Assembly: GCA_009914755.4 (NCBI GenBank)
Contig: CP068257.2
Span: forward strand, 37,792,001-37,856,000
Origin: the human T2T-CHM13v2.0 reference genome, Homo sapiens
Direction: 5' to 3'
DNA: 64,000 nt
Shown: piece after piece, positions 34,790 to 46,500 of the stretch
Layout of the letters: each line of letters begins with the position of its first letter
Numbering within the stretch: position 1 is the first letter of the stretch
Program-made: the position numbers and the translations under genes
The notes under the pieces: generated by a model
Database searches by the model: none
Seen by the model: the letters and a program-made list of their open reading frames with translations, nothing else
Told to the model about the DNA's origin: nothing

Positions 34790-36110
34790 AATTAGGCAAG
34801 AGAGGATGAGAGGGAGGAGGGAAAAACAATGCAGACAGAGAGGAAAGAATGCCAAGGCCTGGTGGGTGGAGGAGGCCCATGTGGCTGAAGCCCAGTGAGA
34901 AGGGCCAGCGGTTTCAGATGAGTCTTGAGACGCAGGCGGGGGTGAACAGCTGCAGGGCCTTCGGAAGGCGTGTTTATGATGTGGATCATTAATCCAAGGG
35001 CAATGGGAAGCTAGCTGTAGGCAAAAGAGGGAGGCGGGAGGGGTGGCATAATCAGCTCTGCCTTCTGAAGGTTACTCTGGCTGCAGGGTGAAGAATCGAG
35101 AAAAGCCAGAGGGAATGTGGGGAGACAAGCTGGTACAGGACTGCGGCAGGCTGAATGAAGGTGGTGGTTTGCACTTGGGTGTCCACGACAATGAAGAGAT
35201 GTGAAAGATGCCCAGGAGACAACCTCACCTGGGCTTAAGGATTCACTGGGTGTTGGGGTGTGATAAGGGTCAAGGAGGAATCCTAGGTACAATGGAAGAG
35301 GTTCCAGCTGGGGTTGGGAAGTGGGGTTGTTTGGTTTTGTGCATGTTGAATTGGAGGAGACTGAGTGGTATTAAGAAACACTGTCACGCAGCTAGCTGAA
35401 CGTACGAGTCTAGCTGAGAAAGGGTCAAGTTGGAGAAAGGTAGGAGTCAAGAGCACAGGGCTGGAACTTAAAAGCTGTGCGTGTGAATCTGTGCCTTGTG
35501 CTAGATGAAGGGGCGCAATGGAGAATAAAATGGGAACAGATGCCGAGCTTTGAGAATCTCCAATATTAAGGAGCCTGGGAGAGGAGGGTGAGCCAGAATG
35601 GCAGCAGGAAAAGCAGAAGAGTCAGGGATGGTCACAGAAGCCAAGGGAAGACAGTGTTTGTAGAGTGAAATGGGGGCAGCAGTTTCAGATGCCGCTGAGA
35701 GATTGAGCAAGACAAAGCCTGAAAAAGTCTCATTCCTGGTTTTTGTTTTAGCAGAGATGAAGAGGGAAGCCATACTGGCTGAGGAGTGAGAGACAAATAA
35801 TAGAGGCATTGAATATGGCAGTTCTTTAAAGTTTGCCTGTCGAAAGGGATAAGGGATTGGACAATAACTGGAAACTGAAGGGGAACGTGGGGTCAAAGAA
35901 GATTCTTTTTTTCTCTTTTGTGATGGGAGACTTGAACATGCTTCAAAACCATGGCAAAGAGCCAGCTGAGATGGAACAGGTGATCATACAGGAGAGGGAA
36001 TGTATACCTGACAGGGTAGAGTTTTTGGCGAGTGGAAAGCGATGGGATCCAAAGCACGGAGAGGGAGTGGCCTTGGTTAGGAGGAGGAAGGAAGGTAGGA
36101 ACAGATATAA
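34790..36110. repeat. ancient, degenerate interspersed repeat (family not assignable by eye); a related segment lies at ~37250-37700
   Basis: purine-rich gagg/gggaag-dense sequence with motifs such as gagatgccgtagacatccaagtagggatgtggcaggcag...ggactggatgagttcatctagggattgagtgtagacag, recognisable as a very common old mammalian repeat; the ORFs it contains are spurious. Confidence 0.3.
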
Positions 36111-36365
36111 GTAAGGCTTGCAGTTTTGGGAGCTGAAGAATGAGGGGATTCCCATGTGACAGCTTCAAGCTTCTCTATGAAGTGACAGCACAAGGGCGTG
36201 GTGGGAGATCAAATCTGAGGAAAATGGTCATTTATGAAATGCAATCTCCTACAGACCCTCAGCTAACCGTGGCAATCCTACTCTGTTACTTTGGTTAATT
36301 GGGGTTTTACCTGATGGCAAAAGAGAAAAGATGGGGCTAGGAGTTTAAGAGAGTGGCAAGGGTAG

Positions 36366-36674
36366 GGCCGGGCGCAGTGGCTCACGCCTTTAATCCCAGC
36401 ACTTTGGAAGGCCGAGGCAGGCAGATTACCTGAGGTCAGGAGTTTGAGACCAGCCTGGCCAACATGGTGAAACCCCATCTCTACTAAAAATACAAAAATT
36501 AGCTGGGCATGGTGGCGTACACCTGTAATCCCAGCTACTCAGGCCGAGGCAGGAGAATTGCTTGAGCCCAGAGATGGAGGTTGCAGTGAGCCGAGATCTT
36601 GCCACTGCACTCCAGCCTGGCCGACAGAGTAAGGCTCTGTCTTAAAAAAAAAAAAAAAAAAACAACAAAAAAAG
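36366..36674 (+). mobile_element. Alu SINE
   Basis: gggccgggcgcagtggctcacgcctttaatcccagcactttggaaggccgaggcaggcagattacctgaggtcaggagtttgagaccagcctggccaacatggtgaaaccccatctctactaaaaatacaaaaattagctgggcatggtgg ... long poly-A. Confidence 0.9.
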
Positions 36675-38347
36675 AGAGATTGGCTAGGGGCCTTAGCTCC
36701 TTGAGGGCAGGGACCTGTCACATTGATCGCGGTATCAGCACCCAGGTACTTACTATTCAAAATGATCAGCATACGGATGATCATTTGTCTGCATCTCAGT
36801 TTGCCTCTTTTGGTGCTTCTCTAAAAAATAAAAAAGGAAGAGCTTAAACTCCTACATGATTCCTGTCTTTGCGCTGGCAAGAAGGCTCTGGGTTCTTTTG
36901 TTCTTCAGGACAGTCCCTTGTAAAGCTCTTGCCATAGTTCTGTTCCAGGGGCACTGTCATATTTATACCTAACAAAGCTAAGGGGTGTCTTTACATTTTT
37001 AGCTTGTTAGCAGGATGCTTATATGGCCTTGTTGACCCGGTTTAAAAGTTGCAATTTGCAAAATACATACTGAAAATACTGCACTTTTACCTATGGAAGT
37101 TGTAATTTATATAAGGAAATTGTAATTTATATAATCCTTTAAAAAACTTACTCATACGAAATAACAGAGAACGGGGAAATACCATTAAGACGGTCATGCT
37201 CAAGTGGGGGAGGGGCAGACTCAGGGAAACCAATTAGGAAGCAAGTAAAATAATCCACGCACCAGATGATGGGGGCCTGGACCAAGGTGGTGACAGTGGC
37301 GGTTGAGAGAAATGGTAGAATTGTGAATCTATTCTGGGTGCATTTTGAAGGCAGTGCTGACAGACTGAAGGTGAGGAAGAGAAAAACAGGACTCAAGCAG
37401 GATGCAAGACTCGGGCAACTGGAGGATGGAATTTCCAGCAACTATGATGGATTAAGATTGTGGGAGGACAGGCTTGGCTTGGGGAATTATTGAGCGCTAT
37501 CTTGGACGAGCTGTGTTTGAGATGCCGTAGACATCCAAGTAGGGATGTGGCAGGCAGCTAAATGCAGGGATCTGGTGTTCAGGGGAGGGGCGAGGGCTGG
37601 GAATGCACACTTGGGGCTCACTGGAATTCAGATAGGCTCTGAGTACAGGCGACTGGATGAGTTCATCTAGGGATTGAGTGTAGACAGAAAAAAGGCTCAA
37701 GCTCACATTCAGCCGTGAAAAAAAACTGGTCTCTGAAAAAAGTTAACCGTTGGCTTAAGTGTGGCAACGAAACGTTAACACGCTGAGGGGAGGGTGCGGA
37801 TAAAGAGCCCCGAGGCTGGGTGAGTGGGGGACAAACACAGACAGAGAAGACATTTCAAAAGATTTAGATTCCTACGAGATAGGGAGATGCCAGCGCTAAG
37901 GTTAGAAAGAAAAACTAATCCAAAGCAAAACAGCAAGTAAGCAGAGGCAAAATCGGAGGTCAGATAGAAGATTCAGATAGAAAAACCCCAAAGTTCCCTC
38001 GGTGGGGCGGCGGTGAGATCGGCCTCCGCCCCCTCGCCAGACCCAGGCGCGGCCCCGGGAGCGCTAGGTCACCTCGGCCCAGGCCGTCCCCCTGCCCAGC
38101 GGGCCTGAGAGTACGTGTGTCGCCGGGGCGCCCGGTCACTGCCGAGCCGGGGTAGCTGTTCCTTGGCAAACTGTGCCGCGAGGAGGAAACGGCGGGGCGC
38201 CAGCGAGGCAGGCAGGGGCGAGGACTGAGTGACCGGCGATACTGGAAGCCCAGAAAGAGCGTAGCAGGAGGGTCCGGAAGGGCCCAGAGCTGGGGCTGTA
38301 ACAGGGTAACCGGCTGAGGGGGACGACGGCAGCAGCGGGGCCGTTAC

Positions 38348-38415
38348 CTGCTCCGCGCTGTTCCCACGACTGCGCCAACGCCGCAGCACCGGCGCGTCGC
38401 CATGGAAACCCGCGC
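38348..38415 (-). other. LCA5L: candidate non-coding first exon (5' UTR) of LCA5L; 5' end is a guess
   Basis: minus-strand donor GAGCAG|GTAACGG (GT at plus 38346-38347) inside the CpG island; the next LCA5L exon (acceptor ~21104) carries the ATG. Confidence 0.3.
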
Positions 38416-38419
38416 GCGG

Positions 38420-38552
38420 GGCCTCCTGGGAAGCGCCGGCCTGCGAGGGCTGGGCGCGCGCATGCGCACTCGGGCAGCAGGAGCCGCGGCGGGGAGGGGC
38501 GTCTTGGGCCTGGAGGTCAGTGTGGCCTCGCGTTTGTCTTCGGTGACGGGAA
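38420..38552 (+). other. SH3BGR: candidate non-coding first exon of SH3BGR (or GET1-SH3BGR-type read-through) transcripts; 5' end is a guess
   Basis: plus-strand donors GGAG|GTCAGT (GT at 38516) and GGGAA|GTGAGT (GT at 38553) in the CpG island; a matching acceptor tgttttctgggcttttccAG|ctcc sits at ~44279-44280, upstream of the SH3BGR ATG exon. Confidence 0.3.
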
Positions 38553-40039
38553 GTGAGTTTCTTGTGTAGACGTCTGTAAACGATCCTCCTGCCGTCCCTG
38601 TTCGGCGCCCGGGACCCTGCCTTCCCGCGTGGCCGCACCGAGACGAGGGAGCCTGTCACGCGCTCTGGCGCTCTCCTGACCTCTTAAGGCTCTGTCAGTC
38701 TTAGGTAACTTGAGTCAGTAGGTGGGTGTAGACGCCTGGTCAATTCCTGGGAAGCACAGTTCCCCTATTAACCCCTTGTCATAAAGACGATTTTTTTTTT
38801 TTTTTTGTAAAACAAAATCTGATGACAAAACAATGCATGTTTGGCATAGAGAATTTAGAAATGTACAGGCAAGTCCAAAGCAAAAGTCAAAATCACCTAG
38901 ATGATGGAGTTATAGATGTTTTTTAATGACAGCATAGGAATTTGGCATAATTTAGGAAGACTTACATTGTTTCCTTTTATTTATTTACTTTTTTTCCTGC
39001 ATCAAAGCCATGTTGAATATCCTTGCAGATGAATCTTTGAGGTCACCCCTGACTGTTTCCTTAGGATAAATTCCTACAAGCGAGGTTGCAGGGCCAAAGC
39101 ATATGCTCACTTTGAGGCTTTCTAAAGGTAGAGGGAAACTGCCTTCCAGTAAGTGTCCCGATACTTGGCCCGCATTGGAAATTCTCTTTTTTCTTAAAAT
39201 TTTTTTGCCCATTTTATTGTCAAAAATTGGCATCTTTAATTGTATTCACTTCCTTTTTAGTAGGAAGAATAGACTTTTTCCCATATCTTGAGTGCCATTT
39301 GTCCTTATTGTGTGATTTGCATTTTCCTGTCTTTTGTCCATTTTAAAACTTGACATTCATCTTTGTAAAAATGGGTTTTGTAAGGACTTTTGATGCTTGA
39401 AAACTTGGCTTGTGATATACGTTGCAAATATTTCCTCAATTTGTCAGTTACCTTTAATTTTGTTTACAGTGTATTTTGGTATTTGTGTAGAGTCAAGCTT
39501 ATTACATTTCTCTATAGTTTCTGCATTTGGTTTTTATATAAAAGGAGAAACGGGTGTTTTTTTTCAAATTGACTTTAATCCTACTTTGGTAGAAGTGGGT
39601 TAGGACAAGCTTTCTCTCCATATCACCATTTCTTCCTCTAGAAATGCATGACCCACCCTGAGTTTTGGTGGGCCATGCATTTCTAGAACTCCTTAGGTAG
39701 GGAATTATCCGTATAAGATGGGTGCCGGTTGTTTTTGCTGGTGGTGGTGGGCGGGGCAACATCTCCAGGTAGGCAAACATTAGACAAATGTCACTCTAGA
39801 CTTGACATTATGGAAAGATGGGCTGATGCTTGGTGGGTGGTGGTGGCCCCATGACAGTAACGAGAGCGGAGTTTTGCCATTGCGGGAGCATCCAACCCTG
39901 GAGCTCAGGACTGGAGGAATTGAAAGGTAGAGTTTCCTGAGAATGGTTTCCTCCTCTTTTCTACCAGCTTTTCCCAGTCTGTAGACATGATAAGTCACTG
40001 CAAATCTGCCCTTGAATCTTTCTTTGCTTTCGCTTTTGC

Positions 40040-40342
40040 ATTTTTTTTTTTTTTTTTTTTGAGACGTATCACTCTATCGCTCAGGCTGGAATGCAGTGGC
40101 GCCATCCCAGCTCACCACAACCTCCGCTTCCTGGGTTCAGGTGATTCTCCTGCATCAGCCTCCTGAGTAGCTGGGATTACAGGTGTGAGTCACAACACCC
40201 GGCTAATTCTTTTTGTATTTTTAGTAGAGATGGGGTTTTGCGATGTTGGCTAGGCTGGCCTTGAACTCCTGACCTCAAGTGATCTGCCCGCCTCGGCCTC
40301 CCAAAATGTTGGGATTTCAGGCATAAGCCACCGTGCCTGGCC
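40040..40342 (-). mobile_element. Alu SINE
   Basis: poly-T 40040-40060 then gagacgtatcactctatcgctcaggctggaatgcagtggcgccatcccagctcaccacaacc ... gttgggatttcaggcataagccaccgtgcctggcc; low-complexity direct repeats ctttgctttYgc on both sides. Confidence 0.9.
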
Positions 40343-41129
40343 TTTGCTTTTGCTTTCGAAGGGGTATTCTTTTCTGTGTACACAATGGAAGGAGAAGAGC
40401 CATGGCCTTTCACTATTCTGGGGCCATCTCCATCATGCCACATAAAAAGCATAGCCTTTATTTCTCTATATTAGGTTCCTAGGTTCCTAGGGATGTCATA
40501 ACAGACTACCACGAACTTAGGGGCTTAGAACAATAGAACTTTATCTTCTCACATTTCTGGAGGTCAGAAGTATGAAACCAAGTTGTCTGAAAGTCCATGT
40601 TTCCTCTGAAGGCTCTTAGGGAGAATTTTTTGAGTCTTCCAGCTTATGGGGACTCCTGCTATTCCTTGGCTTGTGGCAGCACCACTCCAATTTCTGCTTC
40701 CATCTTCACAGGGTGTTCTTCTCTGTGTCTCCCTGTCTTGTCTTCTTATAAGGACAACCAGTCATTGGACTTAGGGCCCACCCTAAATCCAGGATGATTT
40801 AATCACAAGACCCCCTCAACTGATTACATCTGTAAAGACTCTATTTCCAAATAAGGTTACATGCTGAGGTTTGGCTGAACATGAATTTTGGTGAACAACA
40901 TTCAACCCACTACAGTTATTATGGTAATCATTTCCATCATTCTACATAATAAAGACGTGTCTTTATTTGTCATTTTAAGTTATCTGTAAAGTTATGTAAA
41001 TCAAAACATATCATCTGGTATCATTTATCATGAGATCATCTGGGGGTCTCTATGAAGTTTGTAGCCCAGTACCTCATGTCTTTAAATCAAAATTAATCAA
41101 ATCAAAAAGTGATGTTATTTGACTTGTTA

Positions 41130-41363
<234 letters not shown>

Positions 41364-43429
41364 TTACGTATTTTTGCATTATTAACTGCTATTAAGTAAG
41401 CAGAAACCAGCTTCGAAAAAGCATAGCCAACACAACTTCAGCTGGAAAATTTCCAACTGACCCCGATAGACTGCCTGATGCCAGCCAATGGAAACATTCC
41501 CTCCCTCAGTATGCGCCCCCACCCCCAAACGCCTTGCAGACCTACTACAACTCCAGTTGGACAAAGGACTGGTCTTATAAACATTCTTTATTGATAAACA
41601 GCTGCAGACCTCCAGCCAATTTTGGCCAGCTTATAGAAATTGCACATAAAATGTCTTTGTGCCCTATAGTTCACCTGTTGATATAAAGAGCCAAATTCCA
41701 TCCCATTTTAATGCTAGAACTCCACCCCAAGGTGAACATGGAATGTATGATACATATATGTTTACCCACTGCACACATGCCTGAATTTCCTCATAAATAT
41801 TAGTAGATCCTCTGCAACCTTGCTCAGTATGTATGTAAGGCTGACTCTGTAAGACACAGATACCAGCTCCTTCCTCCCTTCTGCAGCATGTGCATTTTTG
41901 GTTTTTTCTGTAAGCTGCATTCCCCAATCTGCAGGTTGTATCTCCCCCTAAAAATAAAATCTCCTTTCCTTCCTCCGTGGATCTCCTGGTCTTTGTGAAC
42001 AGACATAAACAGCAAGCACTGGAGATGTTGAATGGTTGGCTGCTTGCATCTTCACTAAATTATACACCTTCTTTCTGAAGTGGATTTTGTAAGTCAGGGG
42101 TTCATTGAGCTTTATTTTAAGATGCATTTGGAATGTTCGCTATTCCTGTTAATTATGTTGAAGCTCGTTTGTGTCATTAGTGTAATAATACATTAGAAGG
42201 AATCTTTCAGCTGGAGTTTTCAGATTTTTAATTTGTACATTTTTATGGTCATTTCGAAAAGAATAAACTTAAAAAAATTCATAGTGAAAAGGGGGCACTA
42301 GGAATTTGAGGGTAGCATCTCAGGAGCTTCTCATGTGGTGTGGAGAGGAATGGGTGAGGCTTAAGTCTTGGATATGCCATTTCCTATTCCCATCATCTCT
42401 AGTTCTGTGTCCTCATGGTGAGTGGGCATAATAATGGAACACAGTTTTAGGGTTCTTATACAGGTTAAGGGAGTGGCTTATGCAAAGCACCTAGAGCAGA
42501 TCTGGCACATGGACAACACCTACAAATTGTTAGCTGTTATTTGAGTAGGAAATTAATTTCTCCCCAGGGTTTGCAGATGGAGGAGGTGTCATTATTGAGG
42601 GCAGTTTTCACCTGATATAATCAAGAGATGCGTATTCTCTAGAGCACCTGAGAATCCAGCTATAGTTTATGCTACTAACTTACAAAGTCATTAGAAAATA
42701 TGCCCCCACTTTCTTCAAGAATATTTGGAGAAATATGGCATGCTTATGTGGCAGACTTTAAGGTGTGAAAATATATAATTGTATGAAAAAATAATACGTA
42801 CTGTAGAAATTTTGAAAATGCAGAAAAGAAAAACTGATCTGTAATCCTTGGTGTGCTTTAAAATAAAATTTATAATTCTACTGACTTAAATTTGGGGAAC
42901 CATTAATCATCTTCATCAAGGACCTTATTTTTGGAGCAGCTAACTTTGCATGTTGAAGCCAAAAGTTAAATGTTGGTAGTCACCTCAATCATTCATTGTG
43001 ATGTAGGGGCATTTAAGCGATATTCCAGGAACTGGGATATTCCGGGGACTGGGATGTCTTTTCTCGTTGCAGGCACCTACCTGAGGGGGTGGGAAACATG
43101 CCTCTGGGGCTCTGGGACTCAGGTGAAGAGGGAGTACAGAAGCCTGGGAGATTCCTCTCTGCTTCGGAACGTCGGTGCCACCCAGTCCATGATGGGCAGC
43201 AGGGGATTTTAAAAAGGGAGCCGGAGAACAGAGAGAGAGAGAGACAGTAAGAGACTCAGTTATCTAAGCTAAATATCCCCCAAGTGCTTCTTGAAAAACT
43301 AGCCCTTTGTCCCTAATGCCCTTGATCTTGATTTTGAAATCTATCAGAAGAATTTGCATAACTGGCATTTGGGCTTCTTTGCTAGATTTTGTATTCCTTT
43401 AATTTAATTTGTTTGTTTGTTTGATTTGG

Positions 43430-43741
43430 TTTTGTTTTAGAGATAAGGTCTTGTTCTGTCACCCAGGCTGGAGTGCCGTGGGTGTGATCATAGCTCACTG
43501 CAGCCTCAAACTCCTGGCTAAAGGGCTCAAGGGATCCTTCCACCTCAGCCTTCCAAGTCGCTGGAAATACAGATACAGGCGCCTGCCAACATGCCTGGCT
43601 GTTTTTTTTTGTGTTATTGTTGTTGGTAAAGTCGTACCTCAGTATGTTACCCAGACTGGTCTTGAACTTCTGGGCTCACACAATCCTCCTGCCTTGACCT
43701 CCCAAGGTGTTGGGATTACAGGTGTGAGACACTGCCCCGGA
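43430..43741 (-). mobile_element. Alu SINE (old, diverged)
   Basis: T-rich then agataaggtcttgttctgtcacccaggctggagtgccgtgggtgtgatcatagctcactgcagcc ... gttgggattacaggtgtgagacactgccccgg. Confidence 0.85.
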
Positions 43742-44369
43742 CCTTCTCTAACTTTTAACACAATTCAAAATACCTATATAAATATTAACATGTATAAACA
43801 CAAATATATATAAATAAACACAAAATACCTATGTAAACAAAGAGCCTGTTATAAACAGATTATTTTGGTTTTTTCCCCAAGCACTTTAAAATAGTTAATA
43901 AACTTCAAGTCAGTGACAAGTAAATAAAATAGTGAGACAATTGGCTTGTTGCAGCCATGAGTATTGAGAAGCCAGCGGCTATTTCCCTACCTCCCTGGAT
44001 GTCAGTGAAACTTTAGATGGCCCATGGCTGGTCAGTTTCTGTTCTTTAGGAGAAACAGGTGGGAAAGAGAGCACACTGGAAACAGCCACTCTTAAAGGCA
44101 TTTCTATTGTATGACAGTTTACTTAAAAATTTTTTTTTAACCTGCCAGGAAAAAAAACAAAGTTGCTCTTTACTTAAAGGCCTCTGTGGCTATTCTGACC
44201 CTTCCAGTTTATTTGTTTGCCAAAAGCCCTTTAAACCCAGCCTCCTCCTAGACTGAGGTGGTGTTTTCTGGGCTTTTCCAGCTCCCAAGAGCTCCTCCCT
44301 CACTTCTTTCGCCTCCTGCTGCTCTGTTACCGGGGCCCCACCTCCCTTGGCCCCAAGGCATCTCTGCAC

Positions 44370-44803
<434 letters not shown>

Positions 44804-46304
44804 TGAATAACTTAGGGTTGGAAATATGGCCAACGTTGGCCTTCAGTTTCTTTTTTGTGTGTAGTCAGCTGTGGCTCTGCAATAAGTATGTGCGCCCTTT
44901 GCTTTCTGCATTTGATTTCATAGTGTTGAAAAAGCATGGAAAGGGTGTAATCTGGATGGCTGGGTGTGAAAAGGGATTCGAGTAAGGAGGCGTGCTTGAC
45001 ACTAGAATTTTTAACATGTGATTTGTGTTGTGTTGCCTTGTGAATATCATAGAAGCAGGGACTTTTTTGTATGTGTTTCTGCCATTCATTCTGCAAGGCT
45101 TAAACTAATTTAAAATTGTAAATAAATGATACTTTGTGTAACACTGTTTGGAGCGGATGATGAACCAGATTGCTAAAATGACTCTGGGGTGTAATCACTT
45201 GTATATGCCATGTAATGATGTAACCATACTGAAAGTGTAAAGTTAGCATGTGTAATCCATTGTTTGAGGAAAGTGATGTCACAGTGACCAGAGCAGACAT
45301 CTCTCAGGCCACAGTTATAAACACTCCAGGCATTCAGACGGCCCCAAAATAAGAGCTGAAAGCCGACCTTCATAACCAGTGCTTTGTCTAATTTTCTTGA
45401 GACCATCTACCTCTTCAATTCTGGCCTTCATTCTGTGCAAGCTGGACCTGCCGTAAGAAATAGGGGTGATGAAGTGACACATTTCTCTTTGGAAATGGGT
45501 CAGACTTTGATTTTAGGCTTGAACCTATATAGTGTCTGTCTGTCTGGAACTGATATTTCGACCAGCATTTTAGCAGCAGTTAGGAAGGCTGTGGAGAGAA
45601 AAAACAGTTTTATTAAACCCAAGAGTTAGAGACCAGCAAGGCGGCTGTTCCTTTTATATCTAGTTTCTGGAGGATCTCAGGTTTCGGCTGGGATTTCAGC
45701 AGCCACTCTGCCAGAAACAGTACCCAGAGTAAGCCATTGGCTGGGGTGACAGCCCCAAAGGCAGCCGCTGAGTGCCACCACTCCCAGCCCCGAAAGTTCA
45801 TGAGGTTTCCAGAGAGGGTGAGAAGAAAGCAAGAGAAAATAGCTTGGCTGTCCCTTTTGCTAAGTACAACTGAGCAGCTATTGTTTTAGTGATCTCTAGA
45901 ACAAATTAGCCGAAAAAGATGAGAACACACTCCAAATGTGAAACTCTGCGAAATCTTTTGTGGCTATTGATGACTGCTGAAACTTTCAGTTGATCTAGAA
46001 GGAGTAAATTTTTTGGCTATTGGATAAAAAATTTTTTTGGGGGGGAAAATGGTTTTGGTGGGCTCTAAATACGTTGTTGATGCTCATTGCTAAAAACTTT
46101 ACCTCTTACCAGCCAGTCCTCTATATATTCTGTAGACCTGGTCTACATATTCTTCAGAAGACAATCAATAAGTTAATGGATTTTTAAGGTTTATTTGATG
46201 TCCTGTGTTCTTGAAGTTTGGGCCCATAATTTAGTTAGCTTCGGATGACCCGGAGAGGCAATGTTCATCCCAGGGTCTTGGAAAAGCCATTAGTTTTGGT
46301 TCCC

Positions 46305-46500
46305 TAAGCAAATGTTTCAGTGCCACTTGTAACTGTATGACCTTGGGAAAGTTATTTCACCTTGTTAAGCCTCAATTTCCTTGTCTGTAAAATGAGGATA
46401 AGAATAGTGCCTACATCATAGTGTTGTCATGAGGACTGATGAAATGATGTGCGTGGGTGCCCCGCATGGTGTCAAGTGTTTATCAGCACTCAAGAAATAT
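46305..46500 (+). repeat. MIR SINE
   Basis: aactgtatgaccttgggaaagttatttcaccttgttaagcctcaatttccttgtctgtaaaatgaggataagaatagtgcctacatcatagtgttgtcatgaggactgatgaaatgatgtg parallels MIR core ctgtgtgaccttgggcaagttacttaacctctctgtgcctcagtttcctcatctgtaaaatggggataataatagtacctacctcatagggttgttgtgaggattaaatgag. Confidence 0.65.

Larger units (their letters stand above)
37975..38690. promoter_or_regulatory. CpG island; probable shared bidirectional promoter of LCA5L (minus) and SH3BGR (plus)
   Basis: ~700 bp with dense CpG (ccgcgcgcggggcc, gcgccggcctgcgagggctgggcgcgcgcatgcgcac, ccgcggcggg) embedded in AT-rich, CpG-poor flanks; NRF-1 type palindrome GCGCATGCGC at 38458-38467; candidate first-exon splice donors on both strands lie inside it. 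Confidence 0.6.

Noticed and set aside
35501-36168. 131-aa, 93-aa and 91-aa ORFs at 35501-36168, and the 97-aa ORF at 37148-37441
   Set aside because: They sit inside an old purine-rich interspersed repeat. They lack splice signals and are not conserved-looking, so they are spurious.
38069-38659. 196-aa minus-strand ORF (and overlapping 80-aa and 69-aa ORFs) in the GC-rich region
   Set aside because: It lies entirely within the CpG island. It is Ala/Pro/Arg/Gly-rich, as expected from translating CpG-island sequence. It has no splice context and no similarity to the LCA5L or SH3BGR proteins, so it is a compositional artefact.
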